Virus record (IMG/VR): IMGVR_UViG_3300044701_002726
Length of the DNA stretch: 58,842 nucleotides
From: an uncultured virus (IMG/VR IMGVR_UViG_3300044701_002726)
Taxonomy: Duplodnaviria > Heunggongvirae > Uroviricota > Caudoviricetes
Direction: 5' to 3' (one strand)
Part shown: piece by piece, positions 10,231-19,407 of the stretch
Numbering within the stretch: the first letter of the stretch is position 1
Layout: every line of letters begins with the position of its first letter
Position numbers and translations under genes: made by a program
The notes under the pieces: model-generated
The model's database searches: none
Told to the model about the DNA's origin: nothing
Seen by the model: the letters and a program-made list of their open reading frames with translations, nothing else

Positions 10231-11004
10231 ATGTCATTTTCACCAAATTTATTTTTATCTAACTTAAATGCAAAAGACGGTTTGGCAAAACCAAATCGTT
10301 TTGAAGTTATTTTGCCAATACCACAGTACATCAATAACTTTATTGGCAATTCGTTCATCGAAAAAATATTAAATTTACCAAATACAATTATAGCAGATGT
10401 TACTGATATTATAAGAAGAACATCTACAGATCAACAGTCGAGAAGTGACAATCCTTCAATGACTCGTTACTTATCTTTGCAATGTGAAGCTGCAGAGTTA
10501 CCAGGAAAAAGTTTAATCACACAAGATGTTAAGATATATGGCCCAACTTTCAAAGTTCCATATCAGACACAATATCAAGATACAAGTTTAACATTCCTTT
10601 GCACAAATGAATTCTATGAAAGAAAATTATTTGAAAAGTGGACTGAATCTATCATGCCAACTGACACAAATAATCTCAGATATGCAAAAGGAAACGATAC
10701 AAGATATCTAACAAATATAAAGATCATACAGTATGATGAATTCATTCGTCAAATATACATTGTTGAATTGCTAGATGCATTTCCTATTTCTATAGGCAAT
10801 CAAGCTTTGTCTTGGAGTGATGATAACTTTCATAGACTGACTGTACAATTTGCATATCAAAAATACCGTGTTGTGTATGCTGGTAATTATGATCTAGTTC
10901 AAGCTGCAACAAGTTTATTTGGTTCAAAATTAACATCGTTTACTGAAAAATTTTCTTCTGCAATTTCAAAACCTGTGGGATCAATATTTGACTTAGTAAC
11001 ATAA
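10231..11004 (+). CDS. Tail tube-family protein (gp54/gp19-like tube initiator)
   Basis: GLAKPNRFEV, CEAAELPG, L.DAFPISI...LSW...F..LTVQFAY motifs; synteny between gp2 and gp26. Confidence 0.75.
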   Translation: MSFSPNLFLSNLNAKDGLAKPNRFEVILPIPQYINNFIGNSFIEKILNLPNTIIADVTDIIRRTSTDQQSRSDNPSMTRYLSLQCEAAELPGKSLITQDVKIYGPTFKVPYQTQYQDTSLTFLCTNEFYERKLFEKWTESIMPTDTNNLRYAKGNDTRYLTNIKIIQYDEFIRQIYIVELLDAFPISIGNQALSWSDDNFHRLTVQFAYQKYRVVYAGNYDLVQAATSLFGSKLTSFTEKFSSAISKPVGSIFDLVT

Positions 11005-11019
11005 CAATGGAGATATAAG

Positions 11020-11739
11020 ATGGCTTTACCTAAAATTGATGTGCCAATTCATACGATAGATTTACCTTTAACTAAAAAGAAAATTCGTTATCGTCCGTTT
11101 TTAGTAAAAGAAGAAAAGATTCTTCTTATGGCAATGGAATCGCAAGATGAGAATACAATTTTTGATTCAATAAAACAAATAGTAAATAACTGTTCGTTAG
11201 ATGAATTAGATGTTGATGATTTGCCAATAACAGATTTAGAATATTTCTTTTTACATCTAAGAGCTAGATCGGTTAGTGAAGTTGTTGATTTACAATATAA
11301 GTGCAACAACAAAATTAAAGAACAAGATTGTGGTAACATTGTAAAAGTTAAAGTAAACATATTAGAAATAAAACCAGAGTTTCAAAAAGACCATAGTACG
11401 AAAATACAAATAACAGATGAACTTGGTTTAATTATGAAGTATCCAAGTTTAAAAGTTATTCAAAACATAAAATCTGAAAATGAAGTAGATAGACTCATGG
11501 AAATTATTTTGAAATGTATAGATGCAATCTATGATAAGAACTCAATGTATTATACTAAAGATGTGAGTGAAGAAGAATTGAAAGATTTTGTTGAAGGTCT
11601 AACGCAACAACAATTTGTAAAGATACAGAAGTTTTTTGAGTCTGTTCCCAAGATGAAAAAGAATTTAAGCTTCAAATGTAATAAATGTGGATATGAAGAT
11701 ACTGTTCTCGTAGAAGGTATACAAAATTTTTTCGAATAA
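11020..11739 (+). CDS. gp26: Baseplate hub assembly chaperone gp26
   Basis: MALPKI..., YRPFLVKEEKILLMA, DLEYFFLHLRARSVSE, Cys pairs, ends EGIQNFF. Confidence 0.9.
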   Translation: MALPKIDVPIHTIDLPLTKKKIRYRPFLVKEEKILLMAMESQDENTIFDSIKQIVNNCSLDELDVDDLPITDLEYFFLHLRARSVSEVVDLQYKCNNKIKEQDCGNIVKVKVNILEIKPEFQKDHSTKIQITDELGLIMKYPSLKVIQNIKSENEVDRLMEIILKCIDAIYDKNSMYYTKDVSEEELKDFVEGLTQQQFVKIQKFFESVPKMKKNLSFKCNKCGYEDTVLVEGIQNFFE

Positions 11740-11930
11740 CTTTTTGTCATGATAATTTAAAAAACCACTATGAAACTAACTTCGCACTCATGCAACATCA
11801 CAAGTATAGTTTGGCAGAATTGGATAATTTGCTGCCGTGGGAAAAATCAATTTATATAACACTACTGATGAATCACATTGAAGAAGAAAATGAAAAGATC
11901 AAACAACTAAACGCTAATAAAAAGAGATAA
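11727..11930 (+). CDS. gp51: gp51-like hub assembly protein; probably expressed as a gp26 fusion by -1 frameshift (first in-frame ATG only at 11790)
   Basis: Frame reads HDNLKNHYETNFALMQHHKYSLAELDNLLPWEKSIYITLL...KKR*; missing from ORF track; T TTT TTC at 11727-11733. Confidence 0.8.
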   Translation, partial: FFRITFCHDNLKNHYETNFALMQHHKYSLAELDNLLPWEKSIYITLLMNHIEEENEKIKQLNANKKR

Positions 11931-11933
11931 TAA

Positions 11934-13781
11934 ATGGCATTTGCAGACGTTATTAGAAAACAGAGAAGTGGTGGAAAGGGAGTCTTTGGTTCTCTCTCTA
12001 GTGCAGCAACAGAATCACTAAAAGAAAAAATGGATCCAAGAAATCTATTGGATCAAAAAGGTGTTCTGACTGCTCTGTTTCCAGGTCTAAAAAGTTATAA
12101 GACTAAACAAGTAGAAAGAAGTAGTAGAAGAATAGCTACTGGTCCAAGTTTAGTTTCTGTAAATAATGACACTCTAAATGCCATGAATGAGAAGTTAGAT
12201 TTTATTGGCAAAAATACAATGTCATTACCAATAATGATGCGTGACATTAATGTTATGCGTCAGAGTATGATTAAATTAGTTAAGTTACAAGGTGGGGAAC
12301 AAAAAGATAGTGCTGATAAATTCTTTAAGACTTCTGCTGAACAAGAAAAACTGTATGAGAATACATTAAAATCGAAAAAGGGGTCTACCGCACCAACAAA
12401 AGTTGGTGGAGAAGTTAAGACAAGTTCTATGGGTAATCTTGCATTAATGGCAACAGTATTTTTAGGTGTTCTTGGTGCTTATTTTACAAGTCCAGAATTC
12501 AAAGAGAAAGTCGATAACTTAATTGGTGGTTTAGTCAAGTCTGTTTTTGGAGAAACAACTTTTTCTGATTTAGTAACTGGTGTTACTGCTGCTATTGGAG
12601 CTTTAGCAGTATTGAAATTAACATTTATGGCTTTTGATACATTTATGAAAGGTATGATGACTCGACTTGGTGCAAAAGTATTTGGTCCTGGAGCTCCAGT
12701 ACCAACACCAGGTGATGTTCCAGATGTTGATAAAGATAAAGACAAGTCAAAGGGTAAAGGAAAACCCAAATATGGAACTATACAAGATAGACCAAAAGGT
12801 AATTTAGATAAAGCAAAAGAGCTTGCAAGTAAAGCTAGAGGCGCAATGAACGCTACTAATTTTGCAAGAATGGGCGCCCTTGGTCTTCTTGTTGGTGAAG
12901 CATATATGTTATATAAATTGATTGAGAGTGATTCACATGAAACCCCAAGTCAAGCAGATGTAGAAGGGGGTGTTGATGGTGGTTGGACACCAGAACAGGG
13001 GTTTACTGCTGAAGGTGGTCCTGTTGACACAGATAAGATAAAGGGATTACCAAATGTTCCAAACTATGTTGATCCAAGTGGAGCTAAAGCAGAACAAAAT
13101 AGATTAAAAAATTACAAACCAACTCCAGTACAAAAAGATGGCGTGTCAATGTTAGAAAGAATAATGGATTCAGAAGGGATTACTGATCCAAATACTAGAG
13201 CAAGAATCATCGCTTTAGCAAAAATAGAATCAAGTTTAAATCCAAATGCAAAAGGCCCAATAATTCGTAGTGAGAAAAGTATGCACTTTGGAGATCAAGC
13301 ACATGGTCTTCTTCAAATAATGCCTAAGACAGCAGAAGAAATGGGTTTCTCTAGATCAGATTTGCAAGACCCAGAAAAAGCAGCTTTGGCAGGTGTTAGA
13401 TACTTTATGAAAAATGTAAATAGATTTAGTGGCAATTTAGATGCTGCAACTGTCGCACATCATTCTGGTCCTGGTGGAGCCAAGAAATTTTTAGAAATGG
13501 GTGATTCTGGAACCACTGATGTAGCAACTGGTCTAAAAACATCTGATTATCTCACAAAAGTGACTGGTGCTCAAGTTGCCATGTCTGGTGGAGCTATTGG
13601 TTCTAGTGCAGTATCATTAGCAGATGCAAGAACAGAAATGGCAAGAACTATGCCACCAGTTGTTATCAATTCACCACAAACAGTAAACAACATGGGTCAA
13701 TCTGGTTCAAGTAATATAGTTACTGCAAGTGTACTAGATGAAGAATTTTCTAGACTTCTTTTCGAAAGAGCAGTAATTTAA
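11934..13781 (+). CDS. Tape measure/hub protein (gp29 position) with lytic transglycosylase (SLT) domain
   Basis: Follows gp26/gp51; hydrophobic helices; IESS...AHGLLQIMPKTA...AGVRYF...ATVAHHSGPG SLT motifs. Confidence 0.75.
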   Translation: MAFADVIRKQRSGGKGVFGSLSSAATESLKEKMDPRNLLDQKGVLTALFPGLKSYKTKQVERSSRRIATGPSLVSVNNDTLNAMNEKLDFIGKNTMSLPIMMRDINVMRQSMIKLVKLQGGEQKDSADKFFKTSAEQEKLYENTLKSKKGSTAPTKVGGEVKTSSMGNLALMATVFLGVLGAYFTSPEFKEKVDNLIGGLVKSVFGETTFSDLVTGVTAAIGALAVLKLTFMAFDTFMKGMMTRLGAKVFGPGAPVPTPGDVPDVDKDKDKSKGKGKPKYGTIQDRPKGNLDKAKELASKARGAMNATNFARMGALGLLVGEAYMLYKLIESDSHETPSQADVEGGVDGGWTPEQGFTAEGGPVDTDKIKGLPNVPNYVDPSGAKAEQNRLKNYKPTPVQKDGVSMLERIMDSEGITDPNTRARIIALAKIESSLNPNAKGPIIRSEKSMHFGDQAHGLLQIMPKTAEEMGFSRSDLQDPEKAALAGVRYFMKNVNRFSGNLDAATVAHHSGPGGAKKFLEMGDSGTTDVATGLKTSDYLTKVTGAQVAMSGGAIGSSAVSLADARTEMARTMPPVVINSPQTVNNMGQSGSSNIVTASVLDEEFSRLLFERAVI

Positions 13782-13807
13782 AATAAAAACCCCGCCGAAG
13801 CGGGGTT
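13781..13807 (-). terminator. Rho-independent terminator between convergent gp32 and tape measure genes
   Basis: Minus strand AACCCCGC-TTCG-GCGGGGTT then TTTATTTT. Confidence 0.9.
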
Positions 13808-13825
13808 GCATGGGAACGAATCTGT

Positions 13826-14716
13826 TTAATCAGACTCGGCAAGGGACTTGAAGTAATCCAAATCTTCATCATCTGCAATAGATGTTTTCTTATTCAGAAT
13901 TTCTTCATCATCAAACTTTGTAACAATCTCATCGTCAGCCTTAGATTTGATTGGTGCAGCACCACCTTCAAAACCAAGAACTTTGTCTAAACGACCTTTG
14001 AGTTGATCATAAGACTTGAATTGTTTCTTCTCAGTAAACTCTTTGAGAGAGAATTCTGATTTCCAAAGTTTCTCAAGCTTCTCGTCATCACCATTGAAGA
14101 GTGCCTCTGCACTATCAAACTCTGACTTATCGTAATTGCGATAACCTTCTACATTACGAATCTTGAGTTTGAAGTTTGCACCTTCCCAGAAGTCAAACGG
14201 ATTGATTGGCTTCTCATCTTCGAATTCTGGGTTCATTGCCTCAGAAAGTTTATCGAAAATCTTCTTGCCAAACTTAAACAGTTTAACTTGACCTTCGTTT
14301 TCTGGATTCTTGGGATCAGAAACAACAAGAATATTTGCAATATAACTTAGTTTGCGTTTCTGTTTACGAGCAATATCTTTGTTTGCTTCAATACCAGAAT
14401 TCCATAGAACGGAATTGTGTTCGCAAACAGGACATTTTTCATTTACTGTTGTGAGACAGTTATCAATCAACCAGCCACCAGGTCCTTGAAACCCGTGATT
14501 GAAGATTCGTACCCAGGGTAGAGCATCATCACCATCTGCTGCGGGTGCGGGGAGAAAACGAATGATAGCCATTCCGTTACCAGATTTATCTACTTCTGGT
14601 GTCCAGAACCTTGTATCGTCTTTGGAGTTTTCTGTTGATTGGGTTGTGGCTTCGATAGCCTTTGTGAGTTTCTCAAAAGAATTTTTATTTCGTTTGAGAT
14701 TTGCAAAACTAGACAT
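13826..14716 (-). CDS. gp32: Single-stranded DNA-binding protein gp32
   Basis: DDTRFW..EVDKSGNG.AIIRFLPAP, HGFQGPGGWLIDNCLTT...CPVCE, NPFDFWEGANFKLK, acidic tail; start revised to 14716 (AAAGGA RBS). Confidence 0.97.
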   Translation of the reverse strand: MSSFANLKRNKNSFEKLTKAIEATTQSTENSKDDTRFWTPEVDKSGNGMAIIRFLPAPAADGDDALPWVRIFNHGFQGPGGWLIDNCLTTVNEKCPVCEHNSVLWNSGIEANKDIARKQKRKLSYIANILVVSDPKNPENEGQVKLFKFGKKIFDKLSEAMNPEFEDEKPINPFDFWEGANFKLKIRNVEGYRNYDKSEFDSAEALFNGDDEKLEKLWKSEFSLKEFTEKKQFKSYDQLKGRLDKVLGFEGGAAPIKSKADDEIVTKFDDEEILNKKTSIADDEDLDYFKSLAESD

Positions 14717-14776
14717 AGTATTTCCTTTCGTATAAACGGAGTATAAACGGTGTATTAACGACTTATCCACATAAAC

Positions 14777-14805
14777 ATTATATACTACTATTTAGTGGTT
14801 TACAA
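14777..14805 (-). promoter_or_regulatory. gp32 promoters: sigma70-like TTGTAA-N17-TATAAT with embedded late ACTAAATA (14789-14796)
   Basis: Motifs read directly, with canonical spacing. Confidence 0.65.
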
Positions 14806-15409
14806 GCACTTTTCCATCAATTAATTTCTTGAGTATTAATTTGTACCGAGTTTTATCAAATTGTATAAACGGTGTATATTTCATTGCCTTTCTTTTAAAG
14901 ACAGGCCAACGAATCGTATCGTTTATCTTCTTATCCCACATCGGCAAAAAATTCATTAGTGAGTTCATTATACAGAAAGTCTCAATTTGTGTAACATTCT
15001 GTAAAGTCTTCACTAATAGTAATGGATACTCGCCATTTTCACTTTGCAAAATGTCATTCGGGTTGTCTACCATATCAAACAATTTATTACAATCGTTCTC
15101 AAAGGTATATGTCAAACTCTGAATGACTTTTTGCCTTTCTCTGTAAACAGTTTCAGACTGACCTTCAAGTAAATTACCTACCCAACAATTTTCATCATTG
15201 ACAAAATTGGCAACAAGAAAATTTATGAGTTCATCTTTACTCTGCAATCGTCGAGAAAGCTTATAGAAAAAGAATTTATCTTTTCTATTTTCAAAACTAT
15301 CTACAGAAACTTTACTTTTACCACCATACTTTAAAAAGTCATAAGACTCTTGCGTGAAATGCAATTTCATCGATTGATATAAACAAAAAGCTTCATATCC
15401 AGTTATCAT
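14792..15409 (-). CDS. gp59: Helicase loader gp59
   Basis: YQSMKLHFTQESYDFLKY.GK...FENRKDKFFFYKL; canonical gp33-gp59-gp32 order. Confidence 0.9.
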   Translation of the reverse strand: MITGYEAFCLYQSMKLHFTQESYDFLKYGGKSKVSVDSFENRKDKFFFYKLSRRLQSKDELINFLVANFVNDENCWVGNLLEGQSETVYRERQKVIQSLTYTFENDCNKLFDMVDNPNDILQSENGEYPLLLVKTLQNVTQIETFCIMNSLMNFLPMWDKKINDTIRWPVFKRKAMKYTPFIQFDKTRYKLILKKLIDGKVLVNH

Positions 15410-15630
15410 ATTGGCAATCTAGGTGTTTTCTCTTTAAGTAAGTTTTGTTCTTGTGCATCATTTTCAATCTTCTTTTTAAGATGACTATTTACTAACGATG
15501 CAGCAACTTCAATTTCTAATCCAGTCTCTTTACAATACTCGACTATTGCTTCAATGTAATTATAGTCGGTGTTTGACACCATACTATCAATTGCAAAGGC
15601 AAATTTTTTCTGTTCTTCTTTAGTAGGCAT
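15406..15630 (-). CDS. gp33: Late transcription coactivator gp33
   Basis: YIEAIVEYCKETGLEIE...LKKKIENDAQEQNLL...LPI. Confidence 0.9.
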   Translation of the reverse strand: MPTKEEQKKFAFAIDSMVSNTDYNYIEAIVEYCKETGLEIEVAASLVNSHLKKKIENDAQEQNLLKEKTPRLPI

Positions 15631-16178
15631 TATCGTTGACTAATCTTTATCTCTTCAAAACCAAATGGGCATTTTTCATCCCAGCACTTGTTTGTTTCCA
15701 TAACACTTTTGGGAAGATTACAAAGAGGACAATTATTCAAACTGTCTATACCAGTAATCATTGTGTTACCTGGCAGACTAAAATCAAAAGGTTCAATTTT
15801 GATGTCTTGGAACGCTGTAATGATATCGTCTTGATGGGCGCCTGTCATATTAGACATGTTATCAAATTTAATATCATTTAAACTAATCTGAATAGTGTCA
15901 TCGAACATAGACGGAGGGTTCTTAATTAGATCATCAGCCATTGATTTGAAAACACTAGATGAAGAAGTTTTATATTCTTCCTCTTCTTCCTCTTCATCAT
16001 CATCTGCTTCATATTGTGGTTGTACAATATCAAGATACCCATCAATTTCAAATTCAGAAGTGCCTTGAATAAACTGTTCTATTTTTGTTAGAACTTGATG
16101 AATAGAATAAGCTGTAAATTCAATCGTATTCACAGTATCGTTATCTTCATTCTCACATTTAAATGTAAATTTTGCCAT
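15630..16178 (-). CDS. Hypothetical acidic protein with C-terminal Cys cluster
   Basis: ORF with RBS; poly-E/D tract; CPLC...CWDEKCP. Confidence 0.6.
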   Translation of the reverse strand: MAKFTFKCENEDNDTVNTIEFTAYSIHQVLTKIEQFIQGTSEFEIDGYLDIVQPQYEADDDEEEEEEEYKTSSSSVFKSMADDLIKNPPSMFDDTIQISLNDIKFDNMSNMTGAHQDDIITAFQDIKIEPFDFSLPGNTMITGIDSLNNCPLCNLPKSVMETNKCWDEKCPFGFEEIKISQR

Positions 16179-16194
16179 TTTATATTTCCTTTAA

Positions 16195-16431
16195 TTATTT
16201 TTTAGTTGATTCTACTACAATTTGTTTTGAACTTGCCGTATAAGTTATACAAAGAATATCTTGCGATACAGCATATGCACAACGAACTGAAAGTGGATCA
16301 ACTCCCTTTGCAACTGCCTTTTCAATGTTTGCAGACATTAAAACATTTTGATTGATGTAGTATGTTGTAATTGACAATATGAAAACAACAATCATTGTGG
16401 TAATACAAATTAAAAAAAGATTATCAGCCAT
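16195..16431 (-). CDS. Hypothetical membrane protein
   Basis: One N-terminal hydrophobic helix; coupled to upstream hydrolase. Confidence 0.6.
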   Translation of the reverse strand: MADNLFLICITTMIVVFILSITTYYINQNVLMSANIEKAVAKGVDPLSVRCAYAVSQDILCITYTASSKQIVVESTKK

Positions 16432-16976
16432 CAGGTATTCCTTTCGTTATAAAAAATGTGTCTGCCAATTGTTGTCACTCTTACCAAATGATTCCAATTA
16501 GGGTTCACATAGTCGGCATGGTAATACAAAGAACCTCTTGATGGGTCTTTCATCAATTCAAAGTTAGCATAGACATAAACTGCTAAATCACGAATCTCAT
16601 TATACTCTTTGTTGTTAGTAATTGTCAATATGTTATTGCGGTACAAGTAATTAGGTCTTGCCTCACAATACCAAGAAAATTGACAAAGGCGAGCATTTCT
16701 TTGTTCTACGACTTCACAGATTGTATTCGGAAAGTCTTTAGAAAAAACACGATTCAATGTAACAAAAGCTACAGCAACTTGTCCTTCTTTTGGTTCGCTT
16801 CTTGCCTCAAAGTAAATATTTTTGGCAAGACATTGAACTTCTTTTTGTGCAAACCTTGATAGATTATTGAAGTCTGTTGCTATTTCTACTTGTTGGTGTC
16901 TTAATGGTCTTAGAGTCTCAATAAAAAATATGGTTGCAAACATAAGTCCGAAAAGACTCAGAAGTAAACGATACAT
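16431..16976 (-). CDS. Cell wall hydrolase, SleB/Hydrolase_2 family
   Basis: CLAKNIYFEARSEP.EGQVAVAFVTLNRV...FPNTICEVV.Q..CQFSW...YYHADYVNP.W...IGRHIFY; N-terminal TM anchor. Confidence 0.9.
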   Translation of the reverse strand: MYRLLLSLFGLMFATIFFIETLRPLRHQQVEIATDFNNLSRFAQKEVQCLAKNIYFEARSEPKEGQVAVAFVTLNRVFSKDFPNTICEVVEQRNARLCQFSWYCEARPNYLYRNNILTITNNKEYNEIRDLAVYVYANFELMKDPSRGSLYYHADYVNPNWNHLVRVTTIGRHIFYNERNT

Positions 16977-16992
16977 TTGAATTCTCCTTGTT

Positions 16993-17015
16993 AAAAGAGA
17001 GGCCGAAGCCTCTCT
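16993..17015 (-). terminator. Hairpin terminator
   Basis: Minus strand AGAGAGGC-TTCG-GCCTCTCT-TTT. Confidence 0.8.
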
Positions 17016-17021
17016 AGTCCA

Positions 17022-17288
17022 TCAGGATTTTTTGGTTGATTTCTCTACTGAGATATTAGAGACGAAGGTATTCAAAGATTGTGCTTTGAGTATCACTTCT
17101 TGTTCTGATGGGTATGGTGGAAGTTCTGGCTGATTAGGAACAGATGTTCCTGCCAGTCTGGCATTTTCAGTTGAAACTTGCCAGTTATTGTGAGACACTT
17201 CTCGCTTTGCAAAATAGTCTTGTTCAAGCATATCTTTTGCAAGTTTTAATAACTCTAAGCGTATCTCAAATGGTGTCATATTAGACAT
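17022..17288 (-). CDS. Conserved hypothetical phage protein
   Basis: MTPFEIRLELLKLAKDML...YPSEQEVILKAQSLNTFVS; strong AAGGAG RBS; late ACTAAATA at 17334-17341. Confidence 0.7.
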   Translation of the reverse strand: MSNMTPFEIRLELLKLAKDMLEQDYFAKREVSHNNWQVSTENARLAGTSVPNQPELPPYPSEQEVILKAQSLNTFVSNISVEKSTKKS

Positions 17289-17336
17289 AGTTTTCTCCTT
17301 GTGTGTATGTGTGTACCAGATTAACTGGTTAGCTAT

Positions 17337-18041
17337 TTAGTCCCATAAATTCCTGTAATACTTACCAAATAATCTTGTACCGTTATTGATTCGTTCATTG
17401 TACTTTTCGTAACCTTCACGATCGAACTCTGCGGTGTGATTTGGTCCCCTCTCAAAAGTATAAAGAGTTGGTTTACCATTCTCATCCCACTCGCAAGGTA
17501 CAGACTTCATATCATGTACACCAGTATGGAATTGTGCATCATAGTCATCGTTACATAACTGTTCAAATGCCCAAATCATTTCATCAAGCACCCATTCCCA
17601 CCGAGCATGAATATCACAATTACCTTCTTTTGGTTCGTCTTCCTTATAGAAATCAAAAGTTCCTTGTGAATCATATTCTTCATGGGTAGTGTAACGAAGA
17701 TGTTCTGGTACATCTTCTAAATCTACCATAGGAGAACCATGCTTTGTCTTCTTCAACTGCTTGAGCATTGGCAGAATGATTGGAGACAATGTTTTGTCCA
17801 TGTTCCAAGTATCATAGTAATCAATCTTGACATACTCAATTCTTGGATGAACAAAATCAAGAATCTTTTGAAGCCCAACACAAATAGGATTCAGAAGATT
17901 GACAAACTTCTCATACTTGTTTTTTGGATCATCATCAAGATTGTATATAATGTCTTTGTCTTTTTCCCAAAAACAAATTTTGGTCAAAATTGTATATGGA
18001 GACAACCAATGATTACGATATTTGCTGATGTATACTTTCAC
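17337..18041 (-). CDS. Hypothetical protein
   Basis: 234-aa ORF; WEWVLDEMIWAF and LFGKYYRNLWD motifs recur in phage hypotheticals. Confidence 0.65.
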   Translation of the reverse strand: MKVYISKYRNHWLSPYTILTKICFWEKDKDIIYNLDDDPKNKYEKFVNLLNPICVGLQKILDFVHPRIEYVKIDYYDTWNMDKTLSPIILPMLKQLKKTKHGSPMVDLEDVPEHLRYTTHEEYDSQGTFDFYKEDEPKEGNCDIHARWEWVLDEMIWAFEQLCNDDYDAQFHTGVHDMKSVPCEWDENGKPTLYTFERGPNHTAEFDREGYEKYNERINNGTRLFGKYYRNLWD

Positions 18042-18054
18042 AATGTTTTCCCAT

Positions 18055-18396
18055 AAAAAATAAGTGCCGACTGATTGGGTGATAAGGTACAGTCGGCGAA
18101 ACCTCAGCTCAGCATGCTCTAGGCAGCTAAAGCGAAACGCTCATCGTTTGCGTTTATTTTATTTACTTTTTACGACTCTCTGTGTCGGATCGTCCATCTT
18201 TCTACTCTTTGCCCTGTCGAAACCAGGTCAGGCCCATTAGGAAGCATACTAAATCTGCACTTTTTCAGTCGGGGCTATCTGCTATTATGCAGCCTACCGG
18301 CAGTCCTTGACCGATCTTCATAGTATGCTTTCTGGTGGACCTGGAGGGAATCGAACCCTCGTCCAGAACACCTTTCAATTAACTTCATACGATCAT
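18055..18396 (-). ncRNA. ssrA: Circularly permuted (two-piece) tmRNA; tag peptide ANDERFALAA*
   Basis: T-arm GAGGG-TTCGATT-CCCTC + CAGGTCC-A-CCA (ends 18333) lies upstream of GGGCCTG..TTCGAC (starts 18235), with a G3.U alanine pair; tag ORF 18119-18151. Confidence 0.92.
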
Positions 18397-18402
18397 ATTA
18401 CT

Positions 18403-18431
18403 ACTATAACAGAAACTATTTATTTTGTCAA
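18403..18431 (-). promoter_or_regulatory. sigma70-type promoter for tmRNA
   Basis: TTGACA-N17-TATAGT. Confidence 0.8.
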
Positions 18432-18745
18432 GCAGGTTTACCGTTATTTGCCGGTTTAATTTCTTCGCCTGAACTGATAATACAATATGTCTTATCACCA
18501 GGAAAATATTCTACAAGAGTCCAAGATTTGGTTTCAAAATTAATATAAAGAGTAGTGTGAATCTTCATTGGTTGACTAGTAGTAACACTTTCTCTTATTG
18601 TTGCCATTTGAAATGCTGGTACTTCTTTGTATACTCTAAGCATTTCTCTCATCTGTTCTTCATCACCACAATCGATTGGGATTTGATAGTTTTGAGAAAA
18701 TGCAGCCAAAGGAAACATCATTAAAGCTGCGATTAGTGATTTCAT
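18428..18745 (-). CDS. Hypothetical secreted protein
   Basis: Signal-peptide-like N-terminus MKSLIAALMMFPLAAFS. Confidence 0.6.
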   Translation of the reverse strand: MKSLIAALMMFPLAAFSQNYQIPIDCGDEEQMREMLRVYKEVPAFQMATIRESVTTSQPMKIHTTLYINFETKSWTLVEYFPGDKTYCIISSGEEIKPANNGKPA

Positions 18746-19407
18746 TTCCAGTACCTTTCTATGAACTGGTTAAGTGGTGCAAGATATTTAGTCTTTTCTT
18801 CAATAAAAATTTGAGGAAATTCACTTTGCACAGCAATCGCCACAACGATCTGGTTGATTGACTTGCCAGTGAGTTCACCAAACATTTCTGCATATGCGGT
18901 AGCCTGCATAAAGTAATTCTGTATATGTTCAGCATCTTTCTTCTTTGATGCTGTTTTCCAGTCAACAATAGACAGTCTACCATCCCATTCTGCAATACAA
19001 TCACACCGACCTGCAAGTCTTAATTTGTGACTGTAAAGTGCCTGTTCAATACCATAGATATCACCAATATGCGAATCAATAAATGGTTTAACGGACATGA
19101 ACAATTCTTTGGTATCTGGCATCATAGTCTGCATTTTCATGTCAGACATTTCATTGAGTAGATAATTCTCTACTGTATTGTGTAACTTAGTACCACGACC
19201 TGCTGCCTGCCTTGATATCTTATTGGCTTCTTCTTCACCAACTCTTTGTCGCCATTCCATGATTGCTTGTTTATTGTATGATGACAAAACAGTAGTAATA
19301 GAAGGATAAAGTTTACCGTCAGGTGTTTTATACTTTCTTCCAGATTCGGTTGTTTCTGATACTAGATCAAAATCCAATTCTTTTAATTTGATATGATTAA
19401 ATGTCAT
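18742..19407 (-). CDS. PD-(D/E)XK (Cas4-like) exonuclease
   Basis: YPSITTVL, WRQRVGEEEA...RGTKLH, LAGRCDCIA...IVDWKT, YFMQATAYA; start revised to 19407. Confidence 0.88.
   Translation of the reverse strand: MTFNHIKLKELDFDLVSETTESGRKYKTPDGKLYPSITTVLSSYNKQAIMEWRQRVGEEEANKISRQAAGRGTKLHNTVENYLLNEMSDMKMQTMMPDTKELFMSVKPFIDSHIGDIYGIEQALYSHKLRLAGRCDCIAEWDGRLSIVDWKTASKKKDAEHIQNYFMQATAYAEMFGELTGKSINQIVVAIAVQSEFPQIFIEEKTKYLAPLNQFIERYWK

Noticed and set aside
18742..19407. Cas4 as part of a CRISPR system
   Set aside because: Common stand-alone T4-like exonuclease; no array or other cas genes
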